Shown here: piece after piece, positions 1 to 9,559 of the stretch
Position numbering within the stretch: position 1 is the stretch's first letter
Layout: each line of letters begins with the position of its first letter
DNA from: Candidatus Heimdallarchaeota archaeon
Lineage (GTDB): Archaea > Asgardarchaeota > Heimdallarchaeia > JABLTI01
Assembly: GCA_030614005.1 (NCBI GenBank)
Contig: JAUWKS010000031.1
Span: 6,096 to 38,095 of the forward strand
Direction: 5' to 3'
DNA: 32,000 nt
Notes under the pieces: model-generated
What the model was told of the DNA's origin: nothing
The model's database searches: none
Seen by the model: the letters and a program-made list of their open reading frames with translations, nothing else
Made by a program: the position numbers and the translations under genes

Positions 1-3000
1 TAAGAAGAGAAAATTACTATAGAATCTCCTGCGAGTTCATTTATTTTTTCAGCGATGAAATGATAAATATCCTTATCAGATGATAATCCAACAAATTCCA
101 TAGCGGAGTTTGAAATAAATCTCAAAGTGTTAATGTGTCTTGTTCTAATTTCTTCGACAATTTTCTTTTGAGTAATATCTCTGAAGATGATTTGTATTAG
201 TTGTTTATCCCCAATTTCAATATAGTTTGCAGTAATTTCTACAGTGAATACTTTGTCTAACTGATTTCTTAAATCCATCTCAAATTTGGTAAATTTATTG
301 TTTTGTAAATTCTTTATTTGCTCAAGAAATCTCTTTACATTTTGCTGAGGTAAAATATCAGTAATTTTTTTCTCTCGTAGAATATCTTCTTTAAATCCTA
401 AAAATTCCTCTGCTTTTTGGTTATTATCTATTATATCCAATTCAGGACTAAAAATAACAATTCCATCATTCGAATCACTAAATAAAATGCGATATTTTTC
501 TTCACTGTCATGCAAATCTTTCTCAGCTTTTCTTCTCAACAAAGCAACAGCGGTTTGATTTGCAAATGCTGAAAGTAATTCTCTATTTGGTAGATCTTTA
601 TTTTCTTTTACAGTAGGTGATATAAGAACTGAACCAAATAGTTTGCCTTTATGAGTAAAAGATACTGTATATATATCAGTTATTTTATGCAATTTGCGAA
701 TTAATTTCTCCTGAACTTTAGAGATAAAGCCATTTGAAAGTTTATTCAATGTCATATTGAATTTCCCAATTGGATTAGCCTTAACAAAATCTCGAACATC
801 TTTAGTAAGCTTCATTTTTATTCCAATTAGATCTATATTAAGAATTTTTTTAATTTCATTTTTTCGAAGTCCTATGAGAGTTTGTGTTGAGAAAATTTCG
901 CTCTCACTTTCATACGAAAATGTAATTACTATTGATTCCCCAACAATCTCTCTAATCTTCAATCCAATATATTCATAGATATTTTCATTTAACGGAAGAC
1001 TTACGAAATTAACTGCAGTCTGGGAAAGGAACATTAGATCATTTATTCGTTTTTCCTTTTCCTCTTCCAATTCCACTTTTTGAGATACATCTCGGAAAAT
1101 CACTTGAATATAATGCTTACCCTCTAGCTCAATTAATCTCGCATTAATTTCAGAAAGAAATTGAAAATTACTTTTTGTTTCTATATAAAGATTGAAGTTA
1201 GCATTACCGGTTTCAATAATTTTCTTATAATAAACTGAAAAGCTTCGTTCATTCTTTTTGTTAATGAAATCACTGAACATCATAGTTTCCAATTCTTCTT
1301 GTGAGAATCCAAGAATTTCTGAAGATTTTTTGTTTGTGTCAATAATATTTCCTTGGAAATCAAACAATATTATTCCATCATTTAAATTATCTAGTAATCT
1401 TCTAGTGTTTTGTTCATTTTCTCTTAATTGTATTTCCATTTCTTTTTGTTCAGTTATATCACGAATAATCGTTATAACTCTAACAACTTCTCCATCTTCA
1501 ATAACAGGTATTTTTCTAGTTTCATTCATTACTTTGAAATCACTTACATAAGAAGTATCTTCTGAAATTACAATTTGCTTATTTTCAATTGCTTGTTTAT
1601 ATTCTTCACTGACACTCTTTGGCAGAAATGGAAAGACATCAAAAATTTTCTTACCAATAATATTGGAGTCAACATCCAAATTTTCAAGCCAATCTCTGAG
1701 ACTTTTATTAGTTAGAATAATTCGCAAATCCTTATCTGCAACATGGATAGGTACACCCATTGAGTCTAAGGTTGAGCGATAGTTTTCTTCTGACATTACT
1801 AATGCGTTATTTGTTAACATCTCAGTTGTTCTATCTGTTACAAATATAAATCGATTAACAACATTTTCATCCTCATAAGCATAGTAGATTTTATTCTGAA
1901 TGTATTTCCTTTCACCATTTTGAGTTATAGTCCAGAAAGATGCTTCTTCAACCTGCTTACCTTCATCCCTTACTTTTTTTAATAATAACTCTAACTGAGG
2001 TTTTTCTTCAGGTGCGCATATCTCTAACAAATCAAAATTCATTAATTCTTCCATTGATCGACCATAAATTTCACATGTTTTATTGTTTAGAAATACTATA
2101 TTATCCTTTTCAGCAATGATTATTCCTTGATCAACATTTTCTAATAATCTTTTATAGCGCGTTTGAAAAATTTTCAACGATTCTTGGGTTTTTATTTCAT
2201 TGGTAATGTCAATACCTGAGCTGAGGATACCAATTATTCTATTTTGCTGGTCTCTACGAATACCTGTTTTCCATCGAATAATTCTCTCTTCACCTGATTT
2301 TTTTACAATTGGATTTGTTACTGTAGATATAGATTCGGGTTTTCCATTCATTAAAGCTTTAAATCTGGTATATACAATATTCCTATTTTTCTCAGGAACG
2401 AAATTTTCATACCAATTTTTACCTATGATTTCATCCTCTGAACGACCAAGAATCTCGCATCCTGTTCTATTTATCGTAACAACATTAGCGTTACAGTCTA
2501 ATGAAATAATCAGCGCATCAGCAAGATTGAGATATTTTTGTGTTCGATTTTTTTCTTCCATTAGATTTTGAGTCATTTGATATTGATTGCTAAATAACCG
2601 TGCATTTTGAATGGAAACAGCAGCAACATTAGCCATGCCAGAAAGTAATTCAATATCAGCTTTAGAATAGGCATCATATCTATAACTTTGAACTTGCAAA
2701 ACACCAATTATCTCACCAGCTATTTTCATTGGTACATAAACAGCTGACTTTGTAATTCCATCACTAGATGAAGATTTATCTAATTCCTCATTATCATTAC
2801 TTCCGTTAGTGTTCTTATAAAAATCGGATTTGTATACGACTTCCCCTGATTCAATTACTTTTGTTTGTATTTCGCTTTCTCTGTGACCCAAAGGAATCGG
2901 TGGGAACATCATTATGTCTAATACATTGCCTTCAATGAGTGTATAACCGTGTGAAATTGTTTTGTTTTCTTTGTTATAAAAATCAACAACGAATGTATCT

Positions 3001-3521
3001 GCGTCCATAATTGCATAAATATATTGAAATACAGTTTTGTAGATTTTATTTAAATCTCGAGTATCTCCAAGAGTTAATGCTAACTTATTGATTGAAATTT
3101 GCTGTTCAAGCAATCTTTTGCGTGCGAAATCTATTTGTTTTTTCTCGACTAATTTTTCAATTAAATTGACCAATTCTCTGAATTGACTTCTCGTCTCTCC
3201 TCCTTTTTGGAGGTAATAATCTGCACCAAGATTAAGTGCTTGGATGGCTACTTCTTCTCTGCCTTTACCTGTGAAAATTATAAAAGGAGTTTCGTTTCCC
3301 AAATCTCGTAATTTGGCAAGAAAATCTAAACCATTCATTTCTGGCATTTGGTAATCGGAAATTATAATATCAAAAGTTGTTGATTTTAATTTTGCTAGAG
3401 CCTTTTTTGCTGAATTAATTGGATAGATTTGAAATTTCTCGCTAAGTTTCTCTAAATAGAGTTTAGATGCATCTAGAAGTGTTTCTTCATCATCTACCAG
3501 CAAGATTTCTATAATGTTCAA
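1..3521 (-). CDS. Multi-domain signal transduction protein: N-terminal receiver (REC), GAF, several PAS domains, repeated PAS-GAF modules; partial, C-terminus beyond left edge (possibly a histidine kinase)
   Basis: Hand translation, frame checked at several points. TTG at 3521 with GAGGT upstream. MNIIEILLVDDEETLL...DIIISDYQMPEMNGLDFL...FTGKGREEVAIQALNLGADYYLQKGG is an archaeal REC domain. GAF motif 'VPMKIAGEIIGVLQVQS...ELLSGMANVAAVSIQNARLF'. PAS ends 'GIDIT', 'IRDIT', 'FRDVS', 'FRDIT'. No stop before the window edge, so it is absent from the ORF track. Confidence 0.92.
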   Translation of the reverse strand, partial: MNIIEILLVDDEETLLDASKLYLEKLSEKFQIYPINSAKKALAKLKSTTFDIIISDYQMPEMNGLDFLAKLRDLGNETPFIIFTGKGREEVAIQALNLGADYYLQKGGETRSQFRELVNLIEKLVEKKQIDFARKRLLEQQISINKLALTLGDTRDLNKIYKTVFQYIYAIMDADTFVVDFYNKENKTISHGYTLIEGNVLDIMMFPPIPLGHRESEIQTKVIESGEVVYKSDFYKNTNGSNDNEELDKSSSSDGITKSAVYVPMKIAGEIIGVLQVQSYRYDAYSKADIELLSGMANVAAVSIQNARLFSNQYQMTQNLMEEKNRTQKYLNLADALIISLDCNANVVTINRTGCEILGRSEDEIIGKNWYENFVPEKNRNIVYTRFKALMNGKPESISTVTNPIVKKSGEERIIRWKTGIRRDQQNRIIGILSSGIDITNEIKTQESLKIFQTRYKRLLENVDQGIIIAEKDNIVFLNNKTCEIYGRSMEELMNFDLLEICAPEEKPQLELLLKKVRDEGKQVEEASFWTITQNGERKYIQNKIYYAYEDENVVNRFIFVTDRTTEMLTNNALVMSEENYRSTLDSMGVPIHVADKDLRIILTNKSLRDWLENLDVDSNIIGKKIFDVFPFLPKSVSEEYKQAIENKQIVISEDTSYVSDFKVMNETRKIPVIEDGEVVRVITIIRDITEQKEMEIQLRENEQNTRRLLDNLNDGIILFDFQGNIIDTNKKSSEILGFSQEELETMMFSDFINKKNERSFSVYYKKIIETGNANFNLYIETKSNFQFLSEINARLIELEGKHYIQVIFRDVSQKVELEEEKEKRINDLMFLSQTAVNFVSLPLNENIYEYIGLKIREIVGESIVITFSYESESEIFSTQTLIGLRKNEIKKILNIDLIGIKMKLTKDVRDFVKANPIGKFNMTLNKLSNGFISKVQEKLIRKLHKITDIYTVSFTHKGKLFGSVLISPTVKENKDLPNRELLSAFANQTAVALLRRKAEKDLHDSEEKYRILFSDSNDGIVIFSPELDIIDNNQKAEEFLGFKEDILREKKITDILPQQNVKRFLEQIKNLQNNKFTKFEMDLRNQLDKVFTVEITANYIEIGDKQLIQIIFRDITQKKIVEEIRTRHINTLRFISNSAMEFVGLSSDKDIYHFIAEKINELAGDSIVIFSS

Positions 3522-3701
3522 TTTATAACCTCTGAGATAGTTAGTTCAAAGATGTTTACAATGCTTTATACAGTTTGACTATTTAATTGTTTTAGTTTTG
3601 AGGCAAAAGGCATATTTACTTGTCAAACTTTATAACAAATAGTTACTTGTTTAATTATTGATGGAATAAGATAAATTTAACTGATTAGTTAGGTGAACAA
3701 A

Positions 3702-5153
3702 ATGGACTTTGAGGTTGTTTATAATAAGAAAAGTGCTGAGTTTGATAAAACAAAATTAGCTAAAAAATTGATAGCTATTTTTGGAGAAGCGAATGTTTCA
3801 CAAAAAGAAATTGATATTCTTTCCTACAGTAAAGATTTCATATTATTATCTGCTCGGTGGACACTAGATGGCAAAGTAGCTGCCAAACCGGACTTTATAG
3901 TTTGGCCAACTTCTGCAAAACAGATCAGTGACTTGCTTATATTAGCAAATAAAGTAAAAGTGCCCATTGTTCCTTTTGGTGCTGGGAGTGGTGTTGTAGG
4001 TGGAGCGTTACCAATTTTAGGTGGCGTTATTGTTGATATGAAAAAAATGGATAAATTGTTAGAAATCAACGATCAAAACTTGACAGCAACCATCCAAACT
4101 GGTAAGAATGGAATGAATATTGAAAGAGATTTGAATAATAAAGGATATACCCTCGGGCATATCCCGCAAAGTATTTTTACTTCAACATTGGGTGGTTACC
4201 TTGCCCACAAAGCAGCAGGACAGTTTAGCACAAAATACGGAAAAATAGAAGATATGATCATTAGCTTTGAAGCAGTTCTTCCCACTGGTGAAATTATTAA
4301 ATCAAAAGCTGCCCCAAGAACTTCTGTAGGACCTCAAGTAGATAAATTACTAATTGGTTCAGAAGGGACTTTAGCAATTATAACAGAAGCTACTGTAAGA
4401 ATTTGGCCTCAACCTGAGAAAAGAGCATTGGTCTCTTTTGCTTTTGAAAAAATGGAAGATGCCCTGAATTCAGTCAGGGAGATTTTGCGAAAACAAGTAT
4501 ATCCAGCAGTAGTGCGTATTTATGATAGTGATGAAACTGAAAGACATTTTGGTAGCGAGAAAAACTACAAAGATCGATGTATGACCATTTTTGTATGCGA
4601 AGGTGATACAGATGTTGTTGCACTCGAAGAAAAAGTCACAAAACAAATTTGCCTGAAAAACTTTGGCATTGATTGTGGGGAAGCACCTGTCGAGCATTGG
4701 TTTGAAACTCGATTCAATGTAAGTGAAATCTCAAAATACACTCCTATTGGTGTAATCGTTGATACTATTGAAGTAGCAATTATGTGGGATGGTGCTGCGA
4801 ATCTCTATTATGAAACAATTAAAGCAATGAAGAAGGTACCTGGTGTTGTTACAGCAACGGGATATGTATCTCATGCTTATCCACAAGGTGTGGGATTTTA
4901 TTTCTCTTTTAGTGGTGTCCCTGATAAACAAAGTCCTGAGGGTTTCTCAAAAGCAGTTTGGGATATAACTATGGAATCAACAGTAAAGTCTGGAGGTTCA
5001 ATAGCACATCACCATGGAGTAGGTGTTGTTCGATCAGCATGGATGGAAGCCGAATGGGGAAGTATTATGCCCTTATTGAAGAAAATTAAGAAAGCCTTGG
5101 ATCCAAAGAATATCCTTAATCCTGGGAAATTATATGATGGACCAATTGAATAA
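3702..5153 (+). CDS. FAD-binding oxidoreductase, FAD-linked oxidase family (alkyl-DHAP synthase/GlcD-like)
   Basis: PFGAGSGVVGG FAD motif, GHIPQS..STLGG, KYGKIEDM, GSEGTLAIITEAT, C-terminal HHHGVG and DPKNILNPGK. Start moved from GTG 3693, which lies inside the AGGTGA SD, to ATG 3702. Confidence 0.9.
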   Translation: MDFEVVYNKKSAEFDKTKLAKKLIAIFGEANVSQKEIDILSYSKDFILLSARWTLDGKVAAKPDFIVWPTSAKQISDLLILANKVKVPIVPFGAGSGVVGGALPILGGVIVDMKKMDKLLEINDQNLTATIQTGKNGMNIERDLNNKGYTLGHIPQSIFTSTLGGYLAHKAAGQFSTKYGKIEDMIISFEAVLPTGEIIKSKAAPRTSVGPQVDKLLIGSEGTLAIITEATVRIWPQPEKRALVSFAFEKMEDALNSVREILRKQVYPAVVRIYDSDETERHFGSEKNYKDRCMTIFVCEGDTDVVALEEKVTKQICLKNFGIDCGEAPVEHWFETRFNVSEISKYTPIGVIVDTIEVAIMWDGAANLYYETIKAMKKVPGVVTATGYVSHAYPQGVGFYFSFSGVPDKQSPEGFSKAVWDITMESTVKSGGSIAHHHGVGVVRSAWMEAEWGSIMPLLKKIKKALDPKNILNPGKLYDGPIE

Positions 5154-5165
5154 AGGTGAAAGTGG

Positions 5166-6425
5166 ATGTCTCTTATTAAAAAGCTAAAAAAGTACGGCTG
5201 GATAGTTAAAGCAATCGCCCAGACGAAATTTTCCACAAAGAGAACTATGGCAAAAGGATTAAGAAACAAGAAAAACTATTTTCCGAAAAAAAAGGTAAAA
5301 GCTGATGTTCAAAATCTGATGAATTGTGCTCTTTGTCCAAATATGTGTCGATTCGATTGCCCGACCGTTCAAGCTTCGAAAAAAGAAACACATTCACCTG
5401 CAATGAAAGCCAAGATTGGTTATTATCTCGAGATGGACTATTTAGAAAAGGTGGATGAGAACATCATACCACTTTTTGAAGGATGTGTTCATTGTTCGGG
5501 ATGCAAAATTTGGTGCCCATTTGATTTTGCTGTAGGAGATCTGCTTGATGGCGTTGCTGCAGATTTATTTGAACAAGACGTTCTGCCACAACCAATCAAA
5601 AACTTCTCTCAAAGAATTAGAGACAATAATGGATTGTATAAAAAAGAACATTACATTTCAGCAACGAAAACCCTGGAAGCATTCAAAGAAGGCGACATTT
5701 ACTATTTTCCAGGTTGTGTGACAATGGGAAATAATGCAAAAGTAATTGAGAGTATCAAAATTATTGCTGAAAAATCTTCTAGCTCAATAATTGCAAAACC
5801 AGAAGAACGATGGTGTTGTGGCGCACCTTCAATATATGCTGGGGATGTTGATAAAGCAAAAGAATTAGCTTCACATAATTCTGAACATATTAAGTCATTA
5901 GATATAAAAGCTATCATTTGTGAATGTCCAGAATGTACTCATATGTTGAAAGAACAATATCCTCAACTGGGTTTTGATCTAAAAATTCCTGTTTATCATG
6001 TTGCTGAATGGGTGAATATTCTACTTAAGGAGAAAAAAATAGCACTTAAGAATGGCGAAGAATTGGTGGACTATAAAGATAGTTTACCAATTAGCTTCCA
6101 TGATCCCTGTGTTTTAGCAAGAAAATTGGATGTAGCTGAACAACCAACAGAAATCATGAAGCTTATGTTTCCAGAGAAATTCAAAGAGAATGCTTATTCA
6201 AAAGAAAACACTCATTGTTGTGGATTTGGTGGTCTGGTGAATATCGTTAATCCTGATTTAGCTCTGAAAATGGCAAAAAACCGTTTGGACGAGTTCTCGC
6301 AAGATAATATTAAAACAATTGTGACTAGCTGCCCAACTTGTTGGTATAGTTTTATGAAAGCAAATGAGAATTTTGAGTTCGAAATTCGCGATTTACTTGA
6401 AATAATTGCAGAATTAATAGAATAA
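5166..6425 (+). CDS. (Fe-S)-binding oxidoreductase subunit, 2x[4Fe-4S] plus two CCG domains (GlpC/GlcF/HdrD-like)
   Basis: CALCPNMCRFDCP and CVHCSGCKIWCP; WCCG, CECPEC, HDPC, HCCGFGG, TSCPTC. AGGTGA SD; 12 nt after the upstream stop. Confidence 0.9.
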   Translation: MSLIKKLKKYGWIVKAIAQTKFSTKRTMAKGLRNKKNYFPKKKVKADVQNLMNCALCPNMCRFDCPTVQASKKETHSPAMKAKIGYYLEMDYLEKVDENIIPLFEGCVHCSGCKIWCPFDFAVGDLLDGVAADLFEQDVLPQPIKNFSQRIRDNNGLYKKEHYISATKTLEAFKEGDIYYFPGCVTMGNNAKVIESIKIIAEKSSSSIIAKPEERWCCGAPSIYAGDVDKAKELASHNSEHIKSLDIKAIICECPECTHMLKEQYPQLGFDLKIPVYHVAEWVNILLKEKKIALKNGEELVDYKDSLPISFHDPCVLARKLDVAEQPTEIMKLMFPEKFKENAYSKENTHCCGFGGLVNIVNPDLALKMAKNRLDEFSQDNIKTIVTSCPTCWYSFMKANENFEFEIRDLLEIIAELIE

Positions 6426-6434
6426 AAAAAAAAA
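6424..6434 (-). terminator. Oligo-T (T11) archaeal-type terminator candidate for the SDR gene
   Basis: A11 on + strand, about 20 nt past the minus-strand stop at 6454, between convergent genes. Confidence 0.45.
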
Positions 6435-6453
6435 TAAGATTGAGTAAAACCAC

Positions 6454-7533
6454 TTAATCTTTGTTTTTAATAAAATGATCTTCCCATCTACGTAGGAGTA
6501 ACACTTTCTTGTTTTCATAGTCAATAAAATTATTTTCTTCAAGCCATTTAACGGAATCTTTGACAACCTGCTTGCTATCAGTGTATTTTGGTTTCCAGTT
6601 CAATTCATTTTGTAATTTTGTTGTGTCAACTACACGAGTGTTTCCATAACGCATTACGCGATGTCTGGTCAAAGTTGCTTTTCCTTTCCCTTTAATTTTT
6701 GCTGATACTTCTTTTGTCCATGCATAGAACATCGCAAACCATTTGGGAAAGGTAGGAATTTTGACATCAGAGTAACCAATTGCATTCATATGAGTAATCC
6801 AATAATCCTTCTGTGAAATATCGAAGCTTTTCACATTATATACGCTACCATTACCTTCTTTCTTTATACCCATAGTAATTATTGCACGGGCTGCATCTCT
6901 CACCTGAACACTTGAGAAAAGATTCTTGCCATTTCCAATGAATTTTACTTTTCCATCAAAAAATGCTTGAATAACTCTAGGAGTAGTCAGCGTATCTCCA
7001 GGCCCGAGTATCATTGGAAGTCTAGCAACTGCAACCGGAACATTGTGTTGTTGATGATATTTCCAAACAATTTCTTCTGCATCTACTTTTGATTTATGAT
7101 AATCTGTTGTAGGGTTGAATGGTTGATCTTCAGTCATTGGTTTAGCTTTTACCTTGTATCCATAGACACCCCATGTGCTCACAAATACGAACTTCTTAGC
7201 TTCTTTTTCCTTAGAAAAAGCATCAAGAAGTGCTTCTGTACCGAGAACGTTTACTTCGTGCAATAATTCAGGTGGAGATTGATCAAGGACAACAGCTCCT
7301 AAATGAAAAATAACTGATTTATTTTTTACTGCTTTCTTCAGAGTGTCGGGTTTTTTGAGGTCACCAATAATAAATTGAACACCTAATTTTTTCAGCTGAT
7401 CAATATTACTTTCTTCTCGAACAAGAACAAAAATATCTTTTTTATCTATACCCCATTCTTTTTGATTTTGAATTAATTCTTCTACTAAATTTCCTCCAAC
7501 ATACCCTGTTCCACCTGTGATTAATATTGCCAT
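6454..7533 (-). CDS. NAD-dependent epimerase/dehydratase, extended SDR (3-beta-HSD/OleD-like)
   Basis: ITGGTGYVGG, FHLGA, FVFVST, YHKSK (YxxxK), RLPMILGPGD, SVQVRDAARA; GGAGA SD. Confidence 0.9.
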   Translation of the reverse strand: MAILITGGTGYVGGNLVEELIQNQKEWGIDKKDIFVLVREESNIDQLKKLGVQFIIGDLKKPDTLKKAVKNKSVIFHLGAVVLDQSPPELLHEVNVLGTEALLDAFSKEKEAKKFVFVSTWGVYGYKVKAKPMTEDQPFNPTTDYHKSKVDAEEIVWKYHQQHNVPVAVARLPMILGPGDTLTTPRVIQAFFDGKVKFIGNGKNLFSSVQVRDAARAIITMGIKKEGNGSVYNVKSFDISQKDYWITHMNAIGYSDVKIPTFPKWFAMFYAWTKEVSAKIKGKGKATLTRHRVMRYGNTRVVDTTKLQNELNWKPKYTDSKQVVKDSVKWLEENNFIDYENKKVLLLRRWEDHFIKNKD

Positions 7534-7798
7534 TTTAGAATTATCTCCAGTTTTTTTAAAATCTTTAGAATTATCTTATTTACATTCCTTTTAAAAATTT
7601 CCAGAAATGGACTGTTTTTCAGTCGACTTTTTTACTCCCAGACCAAAAACTGTTAATAGTAGGGAAACGTACTGCAAAGAAGATACAAAACAATCGATAG
7701 ATTGATTGAAGAGATTATATTTGACGAAACTTTGTTTAATGATAATCTTGAAATAGGACTAATAGATATTAGTATATATATTCGGAGGAAAAAAAAAA

Positions 7799-8539
7799 TT
7801 GGCACAAGAAAATATAGCACCCGCAAGATTTGGTTTACCTATTTTAGATGCCGCATTCGGTGGCGGAATTCCTCGAGGATCCGTTATTCTGGTTGAAGAC
7901 GAAATTGGTGTTGAGTCTGATTTAATTACACTCAATTTTCTCACAGAAGGGTTACGTGGAGGAGAAACTGGTTGGGTAATGAGCACTGAACACCCATTCA
8001 AATACTATGCCGATAATTTACGATCGCTGGGTGTGAATGCAGACATTCTTCTTGAAACTGAAAGAATGGTGTATATTGATGCCTTCTCAAATCCTTATGG
8101 TTATTCTGATATGCGTTCTCAATTCAAGAATGTCGTTAATAATCTTATTCAACCACGAGCCATTAGTGAAGCAATTCGTAGAGCAATGTTGCACACTCAA
8201 ACTCAAAAAATACAATGTAGAGGTGTTGTTGATAGTTTATCTGCAGTTTTACTCGCAAGTGAAACATTGCGACCTGCTCTATCATTTGTTCAAAATCGAA
8301 TTGCAAGTAACAAAAAAGATGGAACTGTTACGTTGATGTCTTTGCACAGAGACATTCACCAAGAGCATGATGTAAGGGCACTTGAACATTTAGTAGATGG
8401 AGTACTCCGAGTGACAGTTGGAGATGATGCATTTAGTACTGTTAAAATCATTAAACTACGTGGTTCTTATACCTTCAGCAAAAAACCAATGGCAATGACC
8501 GTTTCTGCTGGACAATTATCCATTATGGAATATCAATAA
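7799..8539 (+). CDS. KaiC/RAD55-like RecA-superfamily protein with degenerate Walker A
   Basis: FGLPILDAAFGGGIPRGSVILV, GVVDSLS (Walker B region), LEHLVDGVL, IIKLRG. The P-loop position reads EDEIGVESD. GGAGG SD, A10 spacer, TTG start. Confidence 0.8.
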   Translation: MAQENIAPARFGLPILDAAFGGGIPRGSVILVEDEIGVESDLITLNFLTEGLRGGETGWVMSTEHPFKYYADNLRSLGVNADILLETERMVYIDAFSNPYGYSDMRSQFKNVVNNLIQPRAISEAIRRAMLHTQTQKIQCRGVVDSLSAVLLASETLRPALSFVQNRIASNKKDGTVTLMSLHRDIHQEHDVRALEHLVDGVLRVTVGDDAFSTVKIIKLRGSYTFSKKPMAMTVSAGQLSIMEYQ

Positions 8540-8544
8540 TTAGC

Positions 8545-8572
8545 AAGGGATTTTTCCCTTCTTTTTCTTTTG
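8545..8572 (+). terminator. Hairpin plus U-tract terminator candidate
   Basis: AAGGGA-TTTT-TCCCTT followed by CTTTTTCTTTTG, just after the stop at 8539. Confidence 0.5.
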
Positions 8573-8668
8573 TAAAAATTAGCTGTCTTACATTTTTAAG
8601 ACTAAATTGAACTTTACCTTTTTATTTTATAAAGACAAACAGAAATTAATAGATAAGGATGGAAAGCA

Positions 8669-9535
8669 ATGACTAATTTAATCGCTGAAATTAGAGACTC
8701 ACTAAGAGAAGCTGGTATTAGCCCAAGAAAGATTTTGAGTCAAAATTTTTTAGTAAATAGTCACATCCTTGAGAGACAGATAGAATATGCCGCAGTTTCT
8801 AAAGACGATGCTGTGCTTGAAATCGGAGGAGGAACAGGTGTCCTTACTGAGAGATTAGCAAGAAAAGCTGCTCATGTATATTGCATAGAATATGATAAAA
8901 TGCTTGCAAGTTATCTTCGTAAGAAGTTTAAATCATTTGAAAATGTAACAATAATTGAAGGAGATGCGTTGAAATTAGATTTACCGAAAGTAAATAAAAT
9001 TGTGGCTAATCTTCCTTATCATATCTCTTCTCCAATAACTTTCAAATTACTCGAGATGAAATTCGAAGTTGCTATTTTAATGTATCAGCTTGAGTTTGCA
9101 AAAAGAATGATCGCTCTCCCTAAAACCGATGATTATTCTAGACTATCAGCAAATTTACAATATCAAGCAGAAGTTAAAATTGTAGAAAAAATATCTAAAG
9201 GGAATTTTTATCCACCTCCTAAAGTTGACAGTGCTATAGTGGAAATTAAACTTAGAGTTGAAGAGCTCCCTGTTGATCCAAAATCATATGGAATTGTCAC
9301 AAGAATTCTGTTTAATACTAAGAACAAGCTAGTTGCAACAGTTTTTTACGCTTATTTCAAGAAATCTCTCGAGAAGGATAGCCGAATTAATTTCAAGAAG
9401 AAAATGGATGCTGCTCTATCCTTAGCAAAAACGAGAGTACGAGAACTAAGTATCGAAGATTTAGTTGTGATTACAAATGAGTTAAGAGTCTTCTTAAAAG
9501 AGACAAATAATCAACACCTCTTGCCTGAAAAATAA
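8669..9535 (+). CDS. rsmA: 16S rRNA (adenine1518/1519-N6)-dimethyltransferase KsgA/Dim1
   Basis: SQNFL, VLEIGGGTGVLT, IEYD, IIEGDALK, VANLPYHISSPI, LMYQLEFAKRM, YSRLS, FYPPPKVDSAIV. Confidence 0.95.
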   Translation: MTNLIAEIRDSLREAGISPRKILSQNFLVNSHILERQIEYAAVSKDDAVLEIGGGTGVLTERLARKAAHVYCIEYDKMLASYLRKKFKSFENVTIIEGDALKLDLPKVNKIVANLPYHISSPITFKLLEMKFEVAILMYQLEFAKRMIALPKTDDYSRLSANLQYQAEVKIVEKISKGNFYPPPKVDSAIVEIKLRVEELPVDPKSYGIVTRILFNTKNKLVATVFYAYFKKSLEKDSRINFKKKMDAALSLAKTRVRELSIEDLVVITNELRVFLKETNNQHLLPEK

Positions 9536-9559
9536 TCAATTAAATGTTGGTGCATATCT

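Noticed and set aside
757-2571. Plus-strand ORFs 757-978, 1258-1551 and 2200-2571
   Set aside because: Antisense shadows of the long REC-GAF-PAS gene; no SD or recognisable motifs.
7534-7576. 13-nt direct repeat TTTAGAATTATCT (7534 and 7564)
   Set aside because: Short and AT-rich; a small local duplication near the SD with no further support.
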